Shown: positions 51,983 to 60,549, counted from the stretch's first letter. The stretch is DNA of 64,000 nt from a virus (IMGVR_UViG_3300036770_001413:32001-96000), one strand, 5' to 3'. Numbers and translations are program-made. The notes: a model not told the origin generated them from the letters alone.

Positions 51983-52702
51983 ATGAAATTGAAACGCTCT
52001 AACGATAGGAAGGTTGCTAATGCCGTATCAAAAAATGGAAAGACCCCAACAATTGCCAACACTTTTGGATTGCCTGCTGGAAAAGATTACTCCTGCCCTG
52101 GTGCCACTAGTATTTGTGAAAGTGTTTGCTATGCAGGAAAACTTGAAAAAGTCTATAAGGGAGTAAAGGCTGTGCTCCTACACAATTGGGAGCTCCTACG
52201 CAATGCAGATGAGCCTACTATGGTTGACTTAATTGAGGATATGATTGCAGACTTTAGAAAAGATTGCGATAAGCGCAATGCAGAAAAGTTATTCCGTATT
52301 CACTGGGACGGCGATTTCTTTAGCGATACCTATGCACGGGCGTGGCAATATGTAATTACGCAAAATGCCGATATTCAATTTTGGGTTTATACTCGTGTAA
52401 AGTCTGCAGCCCTTATTCTTAAAGATATTTCTAATCTATCACTTTACTATTCTACCGATGATGAGAATAAAGAAATTGGGCACGAATTAAAGCGTGAGAA
52501 TGGTATTCGATTGGCTTATCTCGGAAAGACTTTTGCAGTCACCGAAAATGTAATGAAAGAGTTAACTGGTAAGCCTGGTGCTAAATGCCCTGAAAATGCT
52601 AAGAAAATTCCACTTATCTCTACTAATGGTTCCGCCTGCGTATCGTGTGGTCTGTGTGTTTATGGTAAAGCAGACATAAGATTTTCTGCGAGTAAAAAAT
52701 GA
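51983..52702 (+). CDS. Gp88-like Cys-cluster protein (probably leaderless)
   Basis: SCPGATSICESVCYA, FRIHWDGDFF, FWVYTR and CVSCGLC motifs; ATG 7 nt after TAGAAT with no RBS. Confidence 0.7.
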   Translation: MKLKRSNDRKVANAVSKNGKTPTIANTFGLPAGKDYSCPGATSICESVCYAGKLEKVYKGVKAVLLHNWELLRNADEPTMVDLIEDMIADFRKDCDKRNAEKLFRIHWDGDFFSDTYARAWQYVITQNADIQFWVYTRVKSAALILKDISNLSLYYSTDDENKEIGHELKRENGIRLAYLGKTFAVTENVMKELTGKPGAKCPENAKKIPLISTNGSACVSCGLCVYGKADIRFSASKK

Positions 52703-52998
52703 TGAATGCGCCATATGCAATACACGAATTGCAGCAATTAATTTGGGAGGATTCTATGGACCACTTGGCCGAATGCACGTGTAGTCTCTGTATAACACTG
52801 GATGTAATTAATGAATATGTCGGGGGCCCCGCTTGATCCCCCGCCCGCAAATGTGTGGGGGCCCAAGCATAGTTACGAGTCAAGTTAAAAACGCCCTGGA
52901 TTTTGTGATTTTTATCACAAAAAATAATTAGACCTAATCTGATAAATGTCGGTGGACTACGCTATAATTGCGACTTAACCAAACGAAAGGAAATACAA

Positions 52999-53259
52999 AT
53001 GGAAACTGCAATTGATACAACTAATTGGGTTAAATACCCTTTTACTGTTGATGGAATTGACTTTGTGTCTTTAATAGACCCTAAAGGAAGTTTTTACCCA
53101 CAACTAGAGGCTATGCCTACTCAACTGCTTAATGCTCTTAATGAGAGCGCAATTAGAGAGTTTATTGGCTCACCCGCCAATTTTTCTTTAGATGAATTAC
53201 AAGGGGAATTAGATGAAATTAACCTTGGCTATTCGCAGGCTCTAATTACCTTAGCCTAA
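52999..53259 (+). CDS. Hypothetical early protein
   Basis: Promoter and RBS present. Confidence 0.75.
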   Translation: METAIDTTNWVKYPFTVDGIDFVSLIDPKGSFYPQLEAMPTQLLNALNESAIREFIGSPANFSLDELQGELDEINLGYSQALITLA

Positions 53260-53314
53260 AAATGTCGGTGGGTAGGTGTATAATCTACCCACTAACAACA
53301 ACGAAAGGAAACAA

Positions 53315-53587
53315 ATGTTATCAACCGCAACTGCCTTAATTAAGGCAACCGAGGAAGCAATTTTTGATGAGGAGTGTATGTCTTTTGCTCAACAATTCTG
53401 CCACCATAAAGATGAATTAACCCCTGAATACTTTGCTAAGTCTATTTATCTTTATTCAACTATGATAGCAAGTCTAGCAATAGATAAGGCTATGAAAGTT
53501 TTATTAACTCAGGAGCAAGTAGAGGAATTATGCTCTGCTATTGCTGAATTAGAACAAATGGAAAATGAGGTGCTAAATGGGAAGTAA
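53315..53587 (+). CDS. Hypothetical early protein
   Basis: Start MLSTATA after the RBS. Confidence 0.75.
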   Translation: MLSTATALIKATEEAIFDEECMSFAQQFCHHKDELTPEYFAKSIYLYSTMIASLAIDKAMKVLLTQEQVEELCSAIAELEQMENEVLNGK

Positions 53588-53843
53588 TTTTGCTCATGAC
53601 TTAGCTGATTATGACTTAGGATTAGACTTATCTACCGCTATCAAGATACACCTAACTTCTAATCACTACCCGCCAATTCCCGTTGAAATGGTAGAGCCGT
53701 GTATAGATGCTATTGACGCATACCATAATGGCGATACGGATCAAGAAATACAAATGCCAAAAGACATAACCTATAAAGGCAGAAATACCGCCCCCGCTTG
53801 GGCTATCATAGAGCAACACCACCTAGAGGCTTGGTGCGAATAA
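53577..53843 (+). CDS. Hypothetical early protein
   Basis: HLTSNHYPP...IIEQHHLEAW. Confidence 0.75.
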   Translation: MGSNFAHDLADYDLGLDLSTAIKIHLTSNHYPPIPVEMVEPCIDAIDAYHNGDTDQEIQMPKDITYKGRNTAPAWAIIEQHHLEAWCE

Positions 53844-53895
53844 ATGTCGGTGGGCTATGATAGGATAGCCTTCCAAACTAACGAAAGGAAAACAA

Positions 53896-54051
53896 ATGGG
53901 AACAACCCTAGAAATCGGACAGACCTTCACGACAGAAAAATCTGGCGTAGTAGGAACAATTAAAGCAGTAGATAACCACCCTTCAGGCGTGGCTCGTATT
54001 CTGCTTGATGTAAATGGCAAAGAACGCTGGACTAGCGTATCTGCTAAGTAA
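53896..54051 (+). CDS. Small beta-rich protein (51 aa)
   Basis: MGTTLEIGQTFTTEKSGVVGTI...RWTSV; promoter and RBS present. Confidence 0.7.
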   Translation: MGTTLEIGQTFTTEKSGVVGTIKAVDNHPSGVARILLDVNGKERWTSVSAK

Positions 54052-54123
54052 TCAAATGGCAGGGCTCACAATGTCGGTGGGCTCTGCTACAATTCTCGCT
54101 CAACAACTAACGAAAGGAAAATA

Positions 54124-54546
54124 ATGGCTAGAAACGGAAAATCTATTCAAGTCAAGATTGCTACAACTAAAGTAATCAAGGCACTTGAAACTAAATTGGC
54201 AGACCTGAAAAAAACTCAGGCTACCCAAAAAACCAATGAGGAGAAATACTCAAAGGCGCAAGAGAAATGGGCTAAGGAAGTTGCTAAACTTGCTCTCGCT
54301 CAAATCGCAAAGGCAGAAAACCTACGAGCAAATGTTCGCTACAATGGCGAAATAAATGTAGATTTTGATTTACCTAAAGGCTCTATTGAATTACCAAAAG
54401 AACCTGAAAAGGATTTTGAAACCTATAACGATTGGCAGTATCGGGAAATGTTTGAGGAGATAGAGAACGCTATCCGTATTCTCAAGATGACCGATGAGGA
54501 AGTAGTAAATACTTCTACCTATAACGCTATCGCTCGTTATCTCTAA
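54124..54546 (+). CDS. Hypothetical early protein
   Basis: Promoter and RBS; followed by hairpin 54552-54577. Confidence 0.8.
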   Translation: MARNGKSIQVKIATTKVIKALETKLADLKKTQATQKTNEEKYSKAQEKWAKEVAKLALAQIAKAENLRANVRYNGEINVDFDLPKGSIELPKEPEKDFETYNDWQYREMFEEIENAIRILKMTDEEVVNTSTYNAIARYL

Positions 54547-54615
54547 TAGTATGGGGGCTAGACAAAATCTAGCCCCCTATGCTAAAATACTTATCCCTAC
54601 TAACAAAGGAAAGAA

Positions 54616-54825
54616 ATGCTAGATGTAGAAATCTACGAAATGGATTATTCAGTATCCCCTGGCGGTGTGAATTGCTGGGAAATGACTATTGGTAATAAAT
54701 GCTATTCAGACTTCAAAACTGCTGGACAGGCTTTAGACCACTTGCTAATTATGTATCCTGACTCAGGATTTAATTTAAGTGTTGTATCACTTGCTAATTA
54801 TTTCAAGGAGGATACTTATGTATAA
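54616..54825 (+). CDS. Hypothetical protein
   Basis: TGCTAAAAT promoter and AAAGGA RBS. Confidence 0.65.
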   Translation: MLDVEIYEMDYSVSPGGVNCWEMTIGNKCYSDFKTAGQALDHLLIMYPDSGFNLSVVSLANYFKEDTYV

Positions 54826-55075
54826 TCGCTATCGTGTAGAAATATATGACGAAAACAAATTAAATGATTTAACTCTATACTTTTCTGACGGAGTAAATAG
54901 AGAACACTTATCGGAATTAGTTTTTGCTAATATCCGCAGATTTCAAGGCAAGGTTAAAGCCTATGTCTTTGATAAGAAAAAGAAAGAAAAAGTTCTTGCT
55001 ATCTTTTATCCAGAAGAAATAGTTAAGAAATATAATAACAATAGACTAACTAAAGAAGAAATTGGTTTAGTTTAA
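54818..55075 (+). CDS. Hypothetical protein
   Basis: GGAGG RBS before MYNRYRVEIYD. Confidence 0.65.
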   Translation: MYNRYRVEIYDENKLNDLTLYFSDGVNREHLSELVFANIRRFQGKVKAYVFDKKKKEKVLAIFYPEEIVKKYNNNRLTKEEIGLV

Positions 55076-55080
55076 AAGCT

Positions 55081-55135
55081 TGGGGCGGGTTTGTGTCGTG
55101 TAATCATCTAGATCCCCGCCCCATTTCCTTTTTTT
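55081..55135 (+). terminator. Intrinsic terminator
   Basis: TGGGGCGGG...CCCGCCCCA followed by a T-tract. Confidence 0.7.
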
Positions 55136-55154
55136 GGCCCGCATATGTGAGGGG

Positions 55155-55184
55155 TTTTCCACAGGTTTAAGAGAGTTATCCACA
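55155..55184 (+). promoter_or_regulatory. Two DnaA boxes
   Basis: TTTTCCACA (55155) and TTATCCACA (55176), 21 bp apart. Confidence 0.5.
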
Positions 55185-55294
55185 ATCCCCGAAATTTGTG
55201 AGATTGATCACAGATCAAAGATTCCCCTATCTTGTCAAATGTCAGACCCACAGTGTATAATAACTAATTCAACTAACTATGAAAGGAAAAAACT

Positions 55295-56302
55295 ATGGCT
55301 CATAACCTAGAAACAAATGGCAATGAAGTTGCCTTTGCCCTACGTGGCACACCTGCTTGGCATAATCTTGCCAATCGCATTTTCTTACAAGATGAAAATG
55401 TATCAACTCAAATGATGTTAGATGAGGCTAAACTTTCCAATTGGAACGTCCGCCTTTCTCCTGTCGTTGAGCATATCCCTGCTGATTGGAATGATAATTC
55501 TAATTCTCAATATGTGATTCGCACGAATCCATTTAATCAAGAAACCGATGTTCTCTCTGTTGTCGGTTCTCGCTATCAAGTTGTCCAGAATGAAGATTTA
55601 TTTGCTTTCGCAGATAATATCCTAGACGGCGATTCTCGTTGCCAATGGGAATCTGGCGGTTCAATCAAGAATGGTAAAGTAGTCTTTGGCTCTCTTACTG
55701 TTCCACGTGAAATGGTGTTAGACCCACAAGGCGCTAATGATAAGACAAAGTTATATCTAATTGTCTTTACATCTCACGATGGCTCTGTTGCTGTTCAGGC
55801 AGCGATTACACCTGTTCGTGTTGTATGCCAAAATACTTTGAATCTTGCTATGCGTAATGCTAAGCAATCATTCAAGATTCGTCATACTCAATCTGCTGAC
55901 GGCAAGATAGCAATTGCTCGTGAAACTCTTGGTCTTACTCTTGGATACTTTGATGAGTTTGAGAAAGAAGTTCAATCTCTATTCGCTTCCGAGATTAACG
56001 ATAAGCAATTCTATGACATCGTTAAGGCTATTTATCCAAAGCCTGCCGATGACGCTTCTAAAATTGCTATCACAAAGTGGGATAACAAGATGATAACTCT
56101 TGCTGACCTTTACTTTAATTCGCCTACTAATGCGAATATCAAAGGCACAAAGTGGGGTGCTTTCAATGCGCTAACTGAGCGCCTTGATTATTTCCGCCCT
56201 ACTCGTGGAAAGTCAGATTCAAAGTGGATTTCCGCTTCAGGGTTTGACCCAATTATTACCGCCGAGAAGAATAAAATTCTTCAGATTGTAAAATCGGCGT
56301 AA
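55295..56302 (+). CDS. DUF932 / TIGR03299-type phage-plasmid protein
   Basis: MAHNLE, PAWHNL, YQVVQNED, SHDGS, TPVRVVCQNTL, RHT and GTKWGAFNALTE motifs. Confidence 0.88.
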   Translation: MAHNLETNGNEVAFALRGTPAWHNLANRIFLQDENVSTQMMLDEAKLSNWNVRLSPVVEHIPADWNDNSNSQYVIRTNPFNQETDVLSVVGSRYQVVQNEDLFAFADNILDGDSRCQWESGGSIKNGKVVFGSLTVPREMVLDPQGANDKTKLYLIVFTSHDGSVAVQAAITPVRVVCQNTLNLAMRNAKQSFKIRHTQSADGKIAIARETLGLTLGYFDEFEKEVQSLFASEINDKQFYDIVKAIYPKPADDASKIAITKWDNKMITLADLYFNSPTNANIKGTKWGAFNALTERLDYFRPTRGKSDSKWISASGFDPIITAEKNKILQIVKSA

Positions 56303-56308
56303 TCTATA

Positions 56309-56328
56309 AGGGCCCCGCAAGGGGCCCT
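56309..56328 (+). terminator. GNRA-capped hairpin after the DUF932 gene
   Basis: AGGGCCCC-GCAA-GGGGCCCT. Confidence 0.6.
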
Positions 56329-56470
56329 GCAATTCCCCCAGGATCTTGCAGCTAATCGCCCGCAAGCCTGAAATCCAAAAAAGATTGTTACGACAAGGGG
56401 ACGGAACCCCTGGATTTTGTCAGTCGGGTCCGCTATAATACTCCCCATGACAACAAACGAAAGGAATACA

Positions 56471-56926
56471 ATGGAACACGTATCAATAGATGCATATAAC
56501 CCACATGCGTTTATTACTCTCCGTAAAATTAATCCAGAGAGCAATGACAGTATGTTTATTATGCACAAAGCAACTGAACTCGAGGAAACTCTAGATAGAA
56601 TTAAGAATCTAGAAAAACTAGTCGAGATTACTCAGAACCAGATTGGCCAAGTTCTTGGCAATATGACTGCAGATGGCTGGTATAGTTCGAGCACAGATAA
56701 ATCAGAGGTATTGTCAGACCTATGTGATATCTTTGACCATGAACCAAAACAAGAAATCAGAATCACAGGAACTATGACATTCGAACTACGCTACGATTGT
56801 CCACTTGACGAAGTCGAAGATTTTGACGCTCGTTATTTTGCACAGGACAACTTGTCTGTTGACTCATATAACGGCAATGTTATTGTCGAATCATTCGATA
56901 TCGAAGATGCGGATGTGGATTGGTAA
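56471..56926 (+). CDS. Acidic hypothetical early protein
   Basis: Start MEHVSID after the RBS. Confidence 0.75.
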   Translation: MEHVSIDAYNPHAFITLRKINPESNDSMFIMHKATELEETLDRIKNLEKLVEITQNQIGQVLGNMTADGWYSSSTDKSEVLSDLCDIFDHEPKQEIRITGTMTFELRYDCPLDEVEDFDARYFAQDNLSVDSYNGNVIVESFDIEDADVDW

Positions 56927-57135
56927 TGTATTATCAATTACAAGCACCTGATAGGCTATCTCTTGAGATGGCCTATTGGGAAGCACAAATTGCTGGATTA
57001 GACCCAACTTGGATTGGCGGTAATGTCATGGACATTGGCACAGGACAAATTGAAAAGGTTTCAGCCTTGATTTCTAAGCATAACTTAGATATACTAGTTG
57101 AAACAGATTATCAGCCAACAGGTTACAGGAGGTAG
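56920..57135 (+). CDS. Hypothetical protein
   Basis: Coupled ORF. Confidence 0.6.
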   Translation: MVMYYQLQAPDRLSLEMAYWEAQIAGLDPTWIGGNVMDIGTGQIEKVSALISKHNLDILVETDYQPTGYRR

Positions 57136-57136
57136 C

Positions 57137-57295
57137 ATGGACTACAAAGAAGGCTTTCAAGATGGCGTTCAATTTACTCGTGAGGTAGTTATCGCCAATA
57201 TTCGTAAATGGGCGGAATCCCATGACGAAGGACATGTATTAGATTGGGTAGCAGATAGAATAGAATTTGGGACATTAGATAATGACCTCGGATGA
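57137..57295 (+). CDS. Hypothetical protein
   Basis: AGGAGG RBS before MDYKEGFQDG. Confidence 0.6.
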   Translation: MDYKEGFQDGVQFTREVVIANIRKWAESHDEGHVLDWVADRIEFGTLDNDLG

Positions 57296-57497
57296 TATAA
57301 CTAAACCAATCTATTGTGACCGTTGCCCTACCTCCCGTGCTGCTTATTTAGTTAAAATACTAAATGGGGAATTAGCTTTTTGTAACCACCATTACAGAAG
57401 GCACAAAGAGGCCCTTGACAAGATGGCCTATGAAATTATAGAATTAAACCGTAAAGAAAAAACACCTCAACTAGAAAAGGAAGAAATAAATGGGTAA
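57282..57497 (+). CDS. Small zinc-binding protein
   Basis: CDRC...LAFCNHH. Confidence 0.7.
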   Translation: MTSDDITKPIYCDRCPTSRAAYLVKILNGELAFCNHHYRRHKEALDKMAYEIIELNRKEKTPQLEKEEING

Positions 57498-57897
57498 TAG
57501 AGCGAACTTCGTATTCGTAGACGGAGCAGGCGATTCAATCGTGCTGTATGGGCACTGGGCTGGACATCAAATGCTAGGCAAACTAGCGGACGCTGTCATT
57601 GCCGCCAGGCCTCGATGGAACGATGAATCATATGCAACACGTATCGCAATCAGTCAACTAATTGGAGACCAATGGAACATGGAAACTGGATGGGGTCTGC
57701 AGATTAATTCAATTAGCGATAATGAGCATAAGATTGCCGTCATCAATTGGAAAGAGCGGACGTTCAGTCTTCACGCAGAGGACGACCATCGCAACTTAGA
57801 CAACAAGGTTCTAGGAATGAAGAACGAGGCTATATTCACTATGGACCTCGAAGCATTCTGTGAGAAATACGCATTGGATGGATTGTTAGCCGTTTAA
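57490..57897 (+). CDS. Hypothetical protein
   Basis: MGNRAN...LYGHWAG...RWNDESYATRI; AAGGA RBS. Confidence 0.75.
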   Translation: MGNRANFVFVDGAGDSIVLYGHWAGHQMLGKLADAVIAARPRWNDESYATRIAISQLIGDQWNMETGWGLQINSISDNEHKIAVINWKERTFSLHAEDDHRNLDNKVLGMKNEAIFTMDLEAFCEKYALDGLLAV

Positions 57898-57915
57898 ATA
57901 TGGTATAATAATTAT

Positions 57916-58050
57916 CCATGGCAAGGTGCCGCTATTAGCGATATCCGCAAGTGGCTAAGTAATGCAGCTTTTACTTAATTCCTTTCGTTGCAGCTAGCAG
58001 CCTTGTTTGTTTATTGATCTAGATCCCCCAGAAATGGGGGATTTATTTTT
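57916..58050 (+). ncRNA. Candidate sRNA antisense to the early-gene RBS
   Basis: TGGTATAAT promoter at 57901, several hairpins, ATTCCTTTCGTTG at 57978-57990, terminator at 58021-58050; no meaningful ORF. Confidence 0.6.
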
Positions 58051-58181
58051 GCCCGCAGAACCTGAGAGTAAAATTAGCTCTTTACGTAATCTAATGTATT
58101 TTTCCCAGAATTGGGGTATATTGCCAAATGTCAGTGGGGTAATATATAATTGGACCATTCAACCAACGAAAGGAATATACT

Positions 58182-58949
58182 ATGCCTAACTGGGTATATA
58201 ATGGTCTTACAATTGAAGGCAATCCTGAATTAGTAAATGACCTTGTAAAACAACTTAATAAGCCATTTGTCATGTTACATGATAATTGGAATCCTACATC
58301 TGGAAAAATGGAAGTAGTTCAAACTACATATCCTAATCCTATATTTGCATTCTATAATATCTATAATCATAGACAAGCAGGTATATCTGATAAGGACTAT
58401 CTTGCACAACCGCCACGAGATATGCCCATTGAAGAACAAATGCTATTTCAGACAAATGATTGGTATTCATTTAATGTTCGTGAATGGGGCACAAAGTGGG
58501 ATGTTGCTGTATCTGAAAATAAAGAATATGCAGATACATATATAGAGGGTCCTACTGAGAATGGAGAGAATCTAGTAGTTTATTATAATTTTAATACTGC
58601 ATGGTCTCCGCCTATGCCTGCCATTTCTAAACTATCTGCACAATATCCTAGTTTATTGTTTACTATGTCCTATGAGGAAGAAACAGGTTGGGGTGGGGAA
58701 TGCGAGTTCCTCCGTGGAGAAATGATTTCTGAATCTGATTATAGTAATAAATGCCGTGATTGTGAATCAGAAAATACATTAGATTATTGTGAGAATGATT
58801 GTGGCGAGATATGTTCATCTTGTAATTGGATGGGTGAGGCTGATTTAGAGGCGGTAGCAGAATGTCAGACCCATAAGATATACTTGGATTCCGAGCATGT
58901 CCCTGATTATAGAAAGGAAGCACTAGAAAATGCAACACGGAGCATTTGA
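58182..58949 (+). CDS. DUF1281/YubB ferredoxin-like domain protein
   Basis: MPNWVYNGL, WYSFNVREWGTKWD, FNTAWSPP and YEEE motifs; Cys-rich tail. Confidence 0.8.
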   Translation: MPNWVYNGLTIEGNPELVNDLVKQLNKPFVMLHDNWNPTSGKMEVVQTTYPNPIFAFYNIYNHRQAGISDKDYLAQPPRDMPIEEQMLFQTNDWYSFNVREWGTKWDVAVSENKEYADTYIEGPTENGENLVVYYNFNTAWSPPMPAISKLSAQYPSLLFTMSYEEETGWGGECEFLRGEMISESDYSNKCRDCESENTLDYCENDCGEICSSCNWMGEADLEAVAECQTHKIYLDSEHVPDYRKEALENATRSI

Positions 58950-60285
58950 TGATGTCGATTTAATGGTAAAAGACGCAATATTCTCAGATATTGCTGACCA
59001 ATTACTAGAAGACTGGATTAATAACTTATTAGATGAGGGTCAATATTTTGCAGATTTGCAAGTTGCCTCTATGTCTGGTGACCCATTTTTACAGGATAAA
59101 TTTAATAAGTTCTATAATTTAACTCCTGAACACAATGATTACTTTGAGGTGGAATAATGGAATCTGAATATATTAATAGGAAGACACAGTTAACTACTTA
59201 TCTTCAATTACATATAATGTCTTTGAATGAGGACTTAGTTCAGATATCTAAGCATATGGATTCCTTGGACCCCGCCTCAAAAGATTATGCTGAATTAGAT
59301 ATTGAGCATACCTATACAAGCGGCCAAGTTTCTGCTACAATGCACATCCTTGAATATGTAGAGGAGATAATGTGAACACATTAGAACTGGAACCACACCT
59401 GCAGAAGCAGGTTGACGCTGGGTCCTCTGGGACTGATATCTTGCACGGGCATTTAAAGGTGCTCATGTTGGACGCAGAGCGTGAATTGGAGGAAGCACAA
59501 CGCATAGAGGATGAAACAGAAGAAGCAATGGATTCCATGGAGCGGAAGTATTGGGAAGGCCAATTAGACGCTCTTACATATGTCTACCAAATGACATATG
59601 CATTAGCATTTGCAATCGATGAAAGGACAAAGAAGAATGGATAGAGTTCATATAGAATCATTAGATGTGCTCAAAGCAAAAGAGCAATTAGATCTACAGG
59701 AGGCAACACGTAGAGATGATGTTTATAATCAACTAAATGAGATTATAGATAAATTAGAGAAGATTCCTGTCTTCCCGTCATTAATGTGGGTATGGTCCTT
59801 TGACGTTATCAGAGAGATATTTGAGAACTATCAGATGAAGGACCTTGCTGTAAATGATTATGTTGATGAGGCTGTGCCTGAAGGCATAACATTAAAACAA
59901 ATCTTTGATAAGTTCTGGGATGATGTAGACGGGTTCGGTCTTAGCATGGATTCGGGCGGGGACATCATAGAAGAGACAATCAGAGATTGGATGAGAGATA
60001 ACAATTTCCTAGTATCCCTGGAGGAGGAGTCAGATGAATAAATATAAAGTATTTGGAGATAAGGTAGTTGACTACTATATTAATGTAGAAGCAACTTCTG
60101 CGGAGGAGGCATGGGACATTGCCTCCAATGCAGCAACGACTGATTGGATCCAAATGGAAACAGATAACACCATTCAGGTTCATTTTGTAGATAATGAGCT
60201 TGAAGAAGATACATCTAATCTATTAGAAGATGGATATCCGAATATAAATAACGATATTATCATATCGGACAAATCGGACATTTAG
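58930..60285 (+). CDS. Operon of five small acidic hypothetical proteins
   Basis: Coupled ORFs 58930-59157, 59157-59375, 59372-59644, 59637-60041 and 60034-60285. Confidence 0.65.
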
Positions 60286-60388
60286 TACTAAGCTGTGTGC
60301 AACGGGCACAAAGCTACGGTTACGGGGTATTTACAAATTCCCTGGAATCTGATAAAATATAACACTATCATAGAAAGGATAGACAACA

Positions 60389-60535
60389 ATGGCAACAAAG
60401 CGTGAATATCTAGTATCAAAGGGAATTACTGTTGGCCGCCGTGGCCGATTCTCTGCAGCTGCTAAGCAGGCTTTGTCTGAGGCGGAAAAGAATGGAATTA
60501 AGTTCACCGCTGAAGTCAAACAAGCAAAGAACTAA
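60389..60535 (+). CDS. Lsr2-like DNA-binding-domain protein (48 aa)
   Basis: KREYLVSKGITVGRRGRFSAAAKQAL; AGAAAGGA RBS; TGATAAAAT promoter; below the track cut-off. Confidence 0.65.
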   Translation: MATKREYLVSKGITVGRRGRFSAAAKQALSEAEKNGIKFTAEVKQAKN

Positions 60536-60549
60536 ATAGATCAGATCCA

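Larger units (their letters stand above)
49269..55212. promoter_or_regulatory. Set of CRP/GlxR boxes TGTGA-N6-TCACA
   Basis: Perfect at 49269, 50406, 50541, 52904 and 55197; one mismatch at 49294, 49692 and 51740. Confidence 0.7.
49345..58150 (+). promoter_or_regulatory. 14 promoters TGTCRG-N10-TANNNT (PafBC/RecA-NDp type)
   Basis: TGTCRG starts at 49345, 49736, 50605, 50866, 51006, 51777, 51954, 52947, 53263, 53845, 54072, 55240, 56418 and 58129; the spacer is 10 nt in all. Confidence 0.85.
49381..58175 (+). repeat. Shared early-gene leader/RBS AACGAAAGGA(A)
   Basis: Ten copies at 49381, 49838, 50900, 51807, 52982, 53300, 53880, 54109, 56456 and 58165, each a few nt before an ATG. Confidence 0.85.

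Noticed and set aside
57978-57990. RBS of a minus-strand gene
   Set aside because: No start codon at RBS spacing and no minus-strand ORF follows; reinterpreted as an antisense seed.
49345-58175. CRISPR array or integron attC cassettes in the repeated intergenic motifs
   Set aside because: The repeats are degenerate, irregularly spaced and separated by whole genes. They resolve into promoter plus RBS, and no cas gene or integrase is seen.
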